Below are positions 40,921-48,103 of a stretch of 64,000 bases of DNA, piece after piece (the stretch's first letter is position 1; each line of letters begins with the position of its first letter). Made by a program: the position numbers and the translations under genes. Origin of the DNA: a virus; the IMG/VR virus record IMGVR_UViG_3300008111_000003. The stretch is one strand, 5' to 3'. The notes beneath the pieces are model-generated. The model was not told the origin of the DNA and searched no databases. It saw nothing but the letters and a program-made list of their open reading frames with translations.

Positions 40921-41035
40921 CTTTATGGGTGACGGTTTACCGTATGACGAGGCAAAGCACAACAGAGCGAAGGTAACTTCCATGTGGCCTCCCAAACTGT
41001 GAAAACAGGAGTAGGAATAGGTGCCACCCATAAAG
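40921..41035 (+). ncRNA. Structured RNA, array unit 3
   Basis: 11-bp closing stem CTTTATGGGTG/CACCCATAAAG; GNRA hairpins GAAG-GTAA-CTTC and CTGT-GAAA-ACAG. Confidence 0.65.
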
Positions 41036-41046
41036 ATACAAATATG

Positions 41047-41113
41047 CGTGGGTTCAGCCGTAGGAACTAGAGAGGTTGTTAATCTATGTGGGATGGCGTC
41101 CACACCACGACCA
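41047..41113 (+). ncRNA. Minimal tRNA-like four-way-junction RNA, array unit 4
   Basis: CGTGG | GTTC..GAAC | TAGA..TCTA | TGTGGG..TCCACA | CCACG-ACCA. Confidence 0.7.
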
Positions 41114-41117
41114 ATAC

Positions 41118-41204
41118 GAGAACCATCGGGTACAAGCCGGAAAACATGTGAATAGAGTTTGTATAAGACGGGATTCAACGTCCGCTCTATTATGGTTCTC
41201 GCCA
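41118..41204 (+). ncRNA. Structured RNA ending in GCCA, array unit 5
   Basis: 9-bp stem GAGAACCAT/ATGGTTCTC plus GCCA; AATAGAG/CTCTATT helix. Confidence 0.65.
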
Positions 41205-41208
41205 ATAC

Positions 41209-41335
41209 AATCAATCAAAACCATTAGGAAAGCCATAGCGAAACTTTGGGATGCTGGCATCGGCACATGAGCCGTCCCTGACCTTTTGGTATTGACTAGA
41301 CTATAGATCATTGTGTACGATCTAGTTGATTGATT
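41209..41335 (+). ncRNA. Structured RNA, array unit 6
   Basis: 10-bp stem AATCAATCAA/TTGATTGATT; TAGATC/GATCTA, CGGC/GCCG and GGGA/TCCC helices. Confidence 0.6.
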
Positions 41336-41476
41336 ACAATACAATCAGTAACCGTTCCCAAGAGCCAGACCAAACCGGGTCTAATGTGCATGCAATGCCC
41401 GGTTTGCAGGGAGGATTTCCGTGGGCGGTTTCCATCCGGTCCAGACAATGGACAACCGTATGCGACAGAGGAAAGA

Positions 41477-41656
41477 ATGAATATTGTAGAACGATCTAGT
41501 GGTTATTGGGTTGTAGATAATGATGGCGTTATTGATGGCCCATTCAATACCATCAAAGAAGCACAGAAATATATTGATAAAGAAACTACAGTAGTATTGA
41601 ATACCTTTACTGAACAAGACGGTATGTATATAGTAGAGAAAAAGGATGACTATTGA
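41477..41656 (+). CDS. Hypothetical protein
   Basis: ATG 41477 after GAGGA; GPFNTIKEA motif. Confidence 0.6.
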   Translation: MNIVERSSGYWVVDNDGVIDGPFNTIKEAQKYIDKETTVVLNTFTEQDGMYIVEKKDDY

Positions 41657-41703
41657 CAAGCCGATAATAGATAGTAGAATGATAGAATAAGGAGAACAAG
41701 AAT

Positions 41704-41976
41704 ATGAATGAATATAAAAACCGTCAGGACTATGGTCTACCGTGGGATGTCGTCGTGATCCGGAACTTGGGACTAGATCCTCGAAGTTCTATCACAAGAT
41801 ATATATGTAGATCTGGAAAACTAATACCAATTAGGGGTTATGACGATATGAGGACTTATAGTGTTCAGTTTATTAGGGATTTTGGTAACATTTCGCGTGG
41901 TAGTATCGTGAGACTTCCAGAGGATGAGGCGATTCGCATGGTAAATAGTGGTTATGCTGTTTATTATGTGATGTAG
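41704..41976 (+). CDS. Hypothetical protein
   Basis: AAGGAG RBS after the promoter at 41653. Confidence 0.6.
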   Translation: MNEYKNRQDYGLPWDVVVIRNLGLDPRSSITRYICRSGKLIPIRGYDDMRTYSVQFIRDFGNISRGSIVRLPEDEAIRMVNSGYAVYYVM

Positions 41977-42130
41977 GGATTCTTGCTGGCCGGGAGAAAC
42001 GGCCATTATGTTTAAGAATACTACTGATGGATGGAGTGCTTGGTTTCCTGTAAAGGATATTGAGATTAAAAAATGACTAAAGAACAAGCAATCGTTAAGA
42101 TTCTGAAAGTTTTGAAATGCCGGAGGGTTG

Positions 42131-42361
42131 GTGATGACCGTTAATGAACTTATTGAGCAGTTGAAGAATTATCCGGCTGATATGAGGGTTCTTACTCTTG
42201 GTTATGAGGCTGGATACCACGATATCCGACTAGATAATGATGATATTGTATTCGATGTGAAACGCGGTGAAGGTGCTTGGTATTATGGGCCTCATGAGTG
42301 TGTAAAGTTTACGGATGAAAAGGTTGGTAATCCTTGTTTGATTATTGGGAGGGGAAAATAA
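42131..42361 (+). CDS. Hypothetical protein (MTV.ELIE.L..YP.D family)
   Basis: GGAGG RBS. Confidence 0.65.
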   Translation: MMTVNELIEQLKNYPADMRVLTLGYEAGYHDIRLDNDDIVFDVKRGEGAWYYGPHECVKFTDEKVGNPCLIIGRGK

Positions 42362-42645
42362 TGGAATGGAACGACTCTCATAAGAATCCACCAACTGAAG
42401 GGCAGCAAGTTTATTATTTTGGACCGAATATTGGGATTGGGATCGGGCATTATTGTTATAGAGAAGAGACATTATATCCTCATAGCAAAAAACCTATAGA
42501 ACTTTGTCCTCATATTTTTGAGAATACTAATTGGGGAGTAGTAGACGCTTGTGATGCTCCATTTTGGCTTCCTTATGATGAGGAGAGGGCGAAGAGTTGG
42601 TGTCCTATTATTCCAAAAGAATATACTAAAGGGCTTTATGATTGA
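42361..42645 (+). CDS. Hypothetical protein (DUF551-like N-terminus)
   Basis: MEWNDSHKNPP...; translationally coupled to the upstream gene. Confidence 0.55.
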   Translation: MEWNDSHKNPPTEGQQVYYFGPNIGIGIGHYCYREETLYPHSKKPIELCPHIFENTNWGVVDACDAPFWLPYDEERAKSWCPIIPKEYTKGLYD

Positions 42646-42749
42646 TCCTGCCTAAATGGCAGGCCGCCCGCGATTTCTGTCAGTTTGGCATACAATTATT
42701 TTTTTAAAGAATCTTCTTGACTATACCGATCTATAGAGTATACTCAAAC

Positions 42750-42839
42750 AAACAAGCGATGCGGACCGCTGGCACAATGATATCAAAAAAGCCACGGTTA
42801 AATGCAAAGTCGAGTATGGCCTAATCCGACGCTTTGTTT
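42750..42839 (+). ncRNA. Candidate stand-alone small RNA
   Basis: Own promoter (42717-42744); no ORF; closing stem AAACAAGCG/CGCTTTGTTT; internal helices. Confidence 0.45.
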
Positions 42840-42929
42840 TTCCTAATCCTTCGGATTTGGCAGTCTTGGCGATAGTCAGCAGGAATTTCAAGTATTGACA
42901 AGCGTTAGCCGATAAGATATATTAGAGCC

Positions 42930-43355
42930 ATGAAACAGAATAAACTACATGCGGAAGTGCGATTTCACTTGTCTAGTGGCGAAAACTATCGAAAATGGCA
43001 AGTGAAAATCATGAAAAATAGTAGGAAGGCTCATGTTTTTTATTTTGATCCTAATGAAGTTCAACTAGAACTGATTGGATGCAAACTTATCAATAAAGTT
43101 GGTAAGGCTAAACAGGTTTATGAGGCAGGGGTAAAGGGTGTTTGTGGTTGGATAAAGTGCGATGATTTTGTGACCAGGGGTGAATTTTGGCCTTTAGAAT
43201 CTATTGACAACCTTGAAAAGTTGTATTATAATCCAATCCGTGACGTTCATTGGCGACGAGAAAGTGATTGTGGAGAGTTTGCTTGGGATGGTAGCGAGTA
43301 TGCCACTCTGATTACACAAGGAAAACAAGTTTACATTCTAGAGGAAAGAACATGA
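42930..43355 (+). CDS. Hypothetical protein
   Basis: 141 aa after TTGACA at 42895. Confidence 0.7.
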   Translation: MKQNKLHAEVRFHLSSGENYRKWQVKIMKNSRKAHVFYFDPNEVQLELIGCKLINKVGKAKQVYEAGVKGVCGWIKCDDFVTRGEFWPLESIDNLEKLYYNPIRDVHWRRESDCGEFAWDGSEYATLITQGKQVYILEERT

Positions 43356-43714
43356 TTAATGTTGGTATGACAATTCGTGAGATGGTGAGCATTGCTTCTA
43401 GCACCAATAGCACCGACCTCTACGAGAGGATCATCAAGGCTCTGGAACTTGCTACTGGCAATGAGAAGTTGCTGGTGGCTTGTGATGGACTTGGTAATTA
43501 CTCTGATCCCAATATTTGGGATCACAAGATTGCTGCTATCAAGAGTCTCCGTTTGTCTACTGGTATGGGATTGAAGGATGCTAAGGATTGGATTGAGGAA
43601 GCGGTGAACTACAAGAAAACCATGTTTACCAAACCGCTTGATCCCGAAGTGGCACACAAACTGTGTGAGGAACTGGGTAGGTGTGGTTGTTCGTGCTGGA
43701 CAACTAACGCCTAA
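43352..43714 (+). CDS. Ribosomal protein bL12 (L7/L12) C-terminal-domain homolog
   Basis: KIAAIKSLRLSTGMGLKDAKDWIE matches the bL12 CTD signature KI..IK..R..TG.GLK.AK..VE. Confidence 0.8.
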   Translation: MINVGMTIREMVSIASSTNSTDLYERIIKALELATGNEKLLVACDGLGNYSDPNIWDHKIAAIKSLRLSTGMGLKDAKDWIEEAVNYKKTMFTKPLDPEVAHKLCEELGRCGCSCWTTNA

Positions 43715-43948
43715 CAAAAAGCCAACTGCCAAAACGGCAGGCGGCCCGCGAAACCTGCCAAAATGGCAGACAAAAAAATTCATGCTGGTACTTGACAGTG
43801 CCGATACTAAGTGTAGAATGATAGCATCACGCAGCAAGATACCAAACGATCACGAAACCAAAAAGTTCGGATTGGCTCTTGACAAGTGATGATTGCGATG
43901 TAGAATAGGTTTGTTGGGTTGATAACACTAACTTGGAAAGGGTTGATT

Positions 43949-44206
43949 ATGCGTACTTATGATTTTGCGGTTGCGATTGCGTCGGATGCTCTGGATACGG
44001 AAGTGGTTGAGGATACGATTCGTCAGTCTCTTGTTGATGGTCTGCCCGAGGGTACTCTGGTAGTTGTCAAGGCTCAGGGTATCAAGGACTATAGCGAGCA
44101 GGGCTGGAAGGTTGCCCGTAATCGCAAGTTCGGCGTGAGTGTCAAGGAGGCTGGAGACGGCCACAAGGCTAAGACGACCAAGGCTACGGCCGAGGCTGTT
44201 ACCTGA
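43949..44206 (+). CDS. Hypothetical protein
   Basis: GAAAGG RBS; tandem promoters at 43792/43879; followed by a hairpin at 44215-44254. Confidence 0.7.
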   Translation: MRTYDFAVAIASDALDTEVVEDTIRQSLVDGLPEGTLVVVKAQGIKDYSEQGWKVARNRKFGVSVKEAGDGHKAKTTKATAEAVT

Positions 44207-44257
44207 CTATAATACCGATAGACCGCTGGTGGACGCACCGGCGGCTATCGGCTTTAT

Positions 44258-44330
44258 GGGCCCGTAGTGAAACTGAATATCACAACTCTCTTCTAAAGAG
44301 TTATTCTGGGTTTGAGTCCCGGCGGGCCTA
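44258..44330 (+). tRNA. trnR: tRNA-Arg(TCT)
   Basis: GGGCCCG/CGGGCCT acceptor; ACTCT-CTTCTAA-AGAGT anticodon arm. Confidence 0.85.
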
Positions 44331-44459
44331 TTTTAATTTTCTGCCAAAATGGCAGGCTCCGCGGCCAATCTGCCAACATGGCAGTTATTTTTCTCAAAGT
44401 TTTTCGTGTTGACAAGCCGATACCCTAGTGTAGAATCACGAGACACAAGGGAGAAAATC

Positions 44460-45164
44460 ATGAAAACCGCAGACGGTAACGACAAGTTGGGTAAGGGTTG
44501 CATTGTGGTTTCGCGTCCGGTTGGCGACACTTGCCCACCGGATTGCGATTATCTCAACAACGGCTGCTACGCTGAAGCGACCGAGAATCAGTATAAGAAT
44601 GCTCGCGTTGCTGGTTTTGCTAATATTGTTACAGAAAAGAATAAGATTCGTGCGATGATTCTGGACGCAAAGCGTAGACAGAAGTCTATCCGCTGGCACG
44701 AGCGTGGCGATTGGTTTCTCAATGGAGAACTCGATCTTGAATATGTCGCCAATGTAACGTGGGCGTGTGAGAGTATTCTGGCCGATGGTGATACTCTGCC
44801 CGATATGTGGTTTTATACTCATATCTACGATAGTCGGCTTGTTAGTCTGGAAAAGTATATGAATGTTTATGCTAGTGTGCATGATGATAATGATATGGGT
44901 GAGGCTCTGGCACAGGGTTTCAAAAAGTTTGCGTGGTGCGACAGCGACGAGAAGATTGCCCCGAAGCGTCCGCGTAGCAAGAAAAAGGCTGATGCGTGGC
45001 GGGCTAGTCTGCCGAAACTGGTGGTACTGAACGGTACTAAGTTTGTAACGTGTCCGGAAATTCGTCGTGGTCGTGCTACTATCACTTGCACCGGGACGAA
45101 AGATAGTATAGAATGTAACTTGTGTGTCAAGGGTCTTGGAAACGTACTCTTTCCTGCTCATTAG
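44460..45164 (+). CDS. Gp88-like Cys-rich protein (radical-SAM-like fold)
   Basis: GN.KL...TCPPDC...CYA...IRWHERGD...WFYTH; AAGGGAG RBS at the 44460 start. Confidence 0.7.
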   Translation: MKTADGNDKLGKGCIVVSRPVGDTCPPDCDYLNNGCYAEATENQYKNARVAGFANIVTEKNKIRAMILDAKRRQKSIRWHERGDWFLNGELDLEYVANVTWACESILADGDTLPDMWFYTHIYDSRLVSLEKYMNVYASVHDDNDMGEALAQGFKKFAWCDSDEKIAPKRPRSKKKADAWRASLPKLVVLNGTKFVTCPEIRRGRATITCTGTKDSIECNLCVKGLGNVLFPAH

Positions 45165-45172
45165 GAGTTATC

Positions 45173-45346
45173 ATGGAAAACTGGATTGCTATTGACGATA
45201 CTAAAATCCGTCACGTTTGGCGTTGTCCAGATTGTGAGGATGAAGTAAATGTAGTTCCGTGGGACTATCAGAATATTGGTACACCGGTTTGTGCAGATTG
45301 TGACAATGATATGTTGTATCTTAGTACGGAGATGAATAATGCCTAA
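45173..45346 (+). CDS. Small zinc-ribbon protein
   Basis: CPDC...GTPVCADC; AGGAG RBS. Confidence 0.65.
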   Translation: MENWIAIDDTKIRHVWRCPDCEDEVNVVPWDYQNIGTPVCADCDNDMLYLSTEMNNA

Positions 45347-45587
45347 GTATTATGTAGCATCGGGTACGTTGCGTATTATGGTTAGTCGTAAAGATGCTCT
45401 TGAGGCTAGTATCTATGGTTTGATGCAAACTAATAAGTTTGATACTATTGATGAATACTTCTATGTTGATGAAAGAGGATATAGAGATTATGTTAGTGCC
45501 GATCCATCAACCAACGTGGTGCCAACCAAAAGTATTGTAAGGGCTGCCGGGTGGGAATTGTCCCGCGATGATGATCCCCTGCCATAA
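45339..45587 (+). CDS. Hypothetical protein
   Basis: GGAG RBS; its stop codon lies inside the palindrome at 45579. Confidence 0.65.
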   Translation: MPKYYVASGTLRIMVSRKDALEASIYGLMQTNKFDTIDEYFYVDERGYRDYVSADPSTNVVPTKSIVRAAGWELSRDDDPLP

Positions 45588-45695
45588 TGGCAGGCCGGCC
45601 GCAGCATCTGCCATTTTGACAGTCTAAAGATTCTGGTCGTAGTGGTCGATAAATGGGGTATGGAACCTAGAAAACGCTTGACAAGGAGGGAAAGC

Positions 45696-46034
45696 GTGAT
45701 ACAATGGATTGGTGTAATTATTAGTGTGGCTGCTTTAACGTATACTGGTATTAAGGATTATCAAAAAGGGGATATAAAACTTCCTCTGCTACCACAAAAA
45801 AATTTGACAAAGGTTGTTTATCCGGTACAATACTGTGTAATGGCTTACGATCCTAATGTAAAGAGAGTTTTTTACCTTCACGATAATGGACAATGGTATG
45901 ACTTCGCTCCGCAAATACGACAATATCCAGATCAAGGTCAAGAAGCGTTGGCAACTCCCAACGGGACACAAAGAACACAGGGATACGGTTATGGACAACA
46001 GGCCCAAGCGTCGTCGTACCCGACAAGGTATTGA
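45696..46034 (+). CDS. Membrane-anchored hypothetical protein
   Basis: GTG start after AGGAGG; N-terminal hydrophobic helix; Gln-rich tail. Confidence 0.6.
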   Translation: MIQWIGVIISVAALTYTGIKDYQKGDIKLPLLPQKNLTKVVYPVQYCVMAYDPNVKRVFYLHDNGQWYDFAPQIRQYPDQGQEALATPNGTQRTQGYGYGQQAQASSYPTRY

Positions 46035-46069
46035 CAAAAGTTGGCGTGATGAGTATGATATGTAGGCCC

Positions 46070-46141
46070 GCCCGCATAGTATAATGGCTATTACAGTTGA
46101 TTTGTGATCATCGGATGAGGGTTCGATTCCTTCTGTGGGCT
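46070..46141 (+). tRNA. trnT: tRNA-Thr(TGT)
   Basis: GCCCGCA/TGTGGGC acceptor; GTTGA-TTTGTGA-TCATC (one mismatch, unusual G37); GGTTCGATTCC. Confidence 0.75.
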
Positions 46142-46213
46142 TCCGGAGTGGTGAAACTGGTATCACAAATGGCTTTGGTCCATTTATTTCTGGATCGTAC
46201 CCAGACTCCGGAA
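46142..46213 (+). tRNA. trnQ: tRNA-Gln(TTG)
   Basis: TCCGGAG/CTCCGGA; AATGG-CTTTGGT-CCATT; atypical T-loop ATCGTAC. Confidence 0.8.
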
Positions 46214-46275
46214 TTAATAAAAAAAGAACTTTAAAAATTCGAACCTTGGTGTATATAAGTATAACACGAGGAGTT

Positions 46276-46878
46276 ATGCTTATGAAATGTTTATGGCATT
46301 TATGTCACAATGAAGCGGTATCTAGAGATAATGGTAAATTTTGTTGCAATAGATGTAAAAACAGATATTATGTTACAAAAAGAAGGAAAGATCTAAAAAA
46401 GGCTCTGGTAGAATATAAGGGAGGCAAATGCGAAAAATGCGGATATAATAAATGTATAGCCGCAATGGATTTCCATCATAAAGACCCAAAAGAAAAAGAA
46501 TTTGGATTAAGTCAAAAAGGTCTAACAAAATCATTAGAAGTATTAAAAAAAGAAGCGGATAAGTGTTTATTGCTTTGTGCTAACTGCCATAGAGAAACAC
46601 ATGAATCTTTAAGTGAGTTTGTAGATATAATACTAACAAAAGAGAAAAAAATACCAAAACAATCTAACCAATGTAAAACATGTAACATAGAGACTTTAAA
46701 TAAATACTACTGTTCTAGTGAATGTGCTAAAATAGCAAATAGAAAAGTTAGAGATAGACCGACAAAAAAAAGATTGATAGAATTATTAAAAAATAATAGT
46801 TGGATAAAAATTGGTAATTTATTTGGAGTATCAGATAACGCTGTAAGAAAATGGGCTAGAGCATATAAAATAATATAA
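46276..46878 (+). CDS. HNH homing endonuclease in the tRNA cluster
   Basis: KGGKCEKCGY...DFHH...KCLLLCANCHRE; C-terminal HTH; real start after GAGGAG (the ORF-track start overlaps tRNA-Gln). Confidence 0.85.
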   Translation: MLMKCLWHLCHNEAVSRDNGKFCCNRCKNRYYVTKRRKDLKKALVEYKGGKCEKCGYNKCIAAMDFHHKDPKEKEFGLSQKGLTKSLEVLKKEADKCLLLCANCHRETHESLSEFVDIILTKEKKIPKQSNQCKTCNIETLNKYYCSSECAKIANRKVRDRPTKKRLIELLKNNSWIKIGNLFGVSDNAVRKWARAYKII

Positions 46879-46883
46879 ATAAT

Positions 46884-46964
46884 ACCAGAGTGGCGGAATG
46901 GTAAACGCAGTTGATTGTTAATCAACCGTCGAAAGATCTGCTGGTTCGAGTCCAGCCTCTGGTG
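46884..46964 (+). tRNA. trnN: tRNA-Asn(GTT) with long variable arm
   Basis: ACCAGAG/CTCTGGT; GTTGA-TTGTTAA-TCAAC; GGTTCGAGTCC; G73. Confidence 0.8.
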
Positions 46965-46968
46965 CTTT

Positions 46969-47039
46969 ATTGGCGTAGTTCAATAGTAGAACGACGGTCT
47001 CCAAAACCGTAGATGGTGGTGCAATTCCACCCGCCTTTG
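46969..47039 (+). tRNA. trnW: tRNA-Trp(CCA), acceptor stem partly mismatched
   Basis: ACGGT-CTCCAAA-ACCGT; D-stem GTTC/GAAC; acceptor ATTGGCG/CGCCTTT with two T-T mismatches. Confidence 0.7.
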
Positions 47040-47126
47040 GGCTGGATGGCAGAGTGGTCTAATGCGCATCTTTGCTAAAGATGTGACGCTTAAAACCGTC
47101 CACAGGTTCGAATCCTGTTCCAGCCG
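47040..47126 (+). tRNA. trnS: tRNA-Ser(GCT)
   Basis: GGCTGGA/TCCAGCC; CATCT-TTGCTAA-AGATG; long variable arm; GGTTCGAATCC. Confidence 0.9.
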
Positions 47127-47218
47127 ATCCTACGGATTTGGCGGTCGTGGAGATAGTCAGCAACAATCTAAAGTTTTGGGGGTTGACAGGTCGATACTAG
47201 GATGTAGAATGCAATTAT

Positions 47219-47289
47219 GGAGGCGAAACATTAAAGTGATGTAAGAGACTTTTAATCTCTAGAAGAAGGAGCGTTACCTTCCGCCTCTA
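47219..47289 (+). tRNA. trnK: tRNA-Lys(TTT), atypical D/T loops
   Basis: GGAGGCG/CGCCTCT; AGAGA-CTTTTAA-TCTCT; own promoter at 47183. Confidence 0.7.
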
Positions 47290-47336
47290 CTGTTTTTGAC
47301 CGGTTTGGTGTATAGTAGTCCCAAAGGAGAATAGTT

Positions 47337-47495
47337 ATGAGTTACGATTACGATTATGAGCGTATTGCTGACGAGATTGATGATCTCTACTATAACGATG
47401 ATGATAATTGGGACTTTGAGGATGATATTATTGAGAATGAGAAAGAGTGGGAAAACTACTATCACAATATTGCTGACGAGATAAGTGACGAATAA
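47337..47495 (+). CDS. Small very acidic protein (52 aa)
   Basis: MSYDYDYERIADEIDDLYYNDDDNWDFEDD...; AAGGAG RBS. Confidence 0.65.
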   Translation: MSYDYDYERIADEIDDLYYNDDDNWDFEDDIIENEKEWENYYHNIADEISDE

Positions 47496-47505
47496 CTATT
47501 CTTAG

Positions 47506-47593
47506 ATTGAGTGCAATACGGTGGGACGTATATCTATTATAGGAATTTATTCCTTCTTCTTTTCTATAATCGGTTCGAATCCGATCACTCAAT
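47506..47593 (+). ncRNA. tRNA-like element / pseudo-tRNA
   Basis: ATTGAGTG/CACTCAAT stem and a perfect T-arm ATCGG-TTCGAAT-CCGAT, but no canonical anticodon arm. Confidence 0.55.
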
Positions 47594-47599
47594 TTTATT

Positions 47600-48103
47600 A
47601 TGAACATGAATATTCTTGAAGGTAGAATTGAAGATATTCGTCGCACAGAAAGTGGCGATATTATTCAAGGCTCTAGCCACACCTGCCACGTTCTGAATCA
47701 CAAGATTCGTAATAAGATTATTATCAAGGCTGTTTGTGATCTAAGAAAAATTAAAGACCAGTTTGATAGTATCGCCTGCTGCGGTGTAAGTGGTTTGATG
47801 GTGGTTCCACAGATTGCTGAACTACTTGATAAACATATTATCGTAGTACGAAAGGCAGGCGAAAAATGCTATTCCGAGTTTCGTACAGAGGGAGTTGCCC
47901 CTTTTCGATATGTAATATTAGACGATTTAATTTGTTCTGGAAATACTATTAATCGTATTACCTCAGTAATTAAAAGTGAATACCCACGAGCCAGACCAAT
48001 TGGCGTATATTGCTATCTGCCTAAAGAAACAGTTTATTCACCAGATAAAAATGGTAGCAAATATTGTGAGCAAGAATTAGGGATGCCGCTCCTGAATATC
48101 TGA
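47600..48103 (+). CDS. Type I phosphoribosyltransferase
   Basis: PRPP loop YVILDDLICSGNT; IIVVRK. Confidence 0.85.
   Translation: MNMNILEGRIEDIRRTESGDIIQGSSHTCHVLNHKIRNKIIIKAVCDLRKIKDQFDSIACCGVSGLMVVPQIAELLDKHIIVVRKAGEKCYSEFRTEGVAPFRYVILDDLICSGNTINRITSVIKSEYPRARPIGVYCYLPKETVYSPDKNGSKYCEQELGMPLLNI

Noticed and set aside
41345-41420. c-di-GMP-I riboswitch (GGGTCTAA here; GGCAAA in units 1 and 3) or twister ribozyme (GGTACAAGCC in unit 5)
   Set aside because: Only short fragments resemble these motifs; the required core elements are not arranged correctly by eye. Needs cmscan.
40903-41476. ORF-track ORFs 40903-41214, 41076-41270, 41084-41344 and the 5' extension from 41330
   Set aside because: No RBS, atypical composition, mutually overlapping; better explained as structured RNA.
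46070-46141. tRNA-His(GTG) reading
   Set aside because: The stem register places TGT at 34-36, and the G1-C72/C2-G71 acceptor fits Thr.
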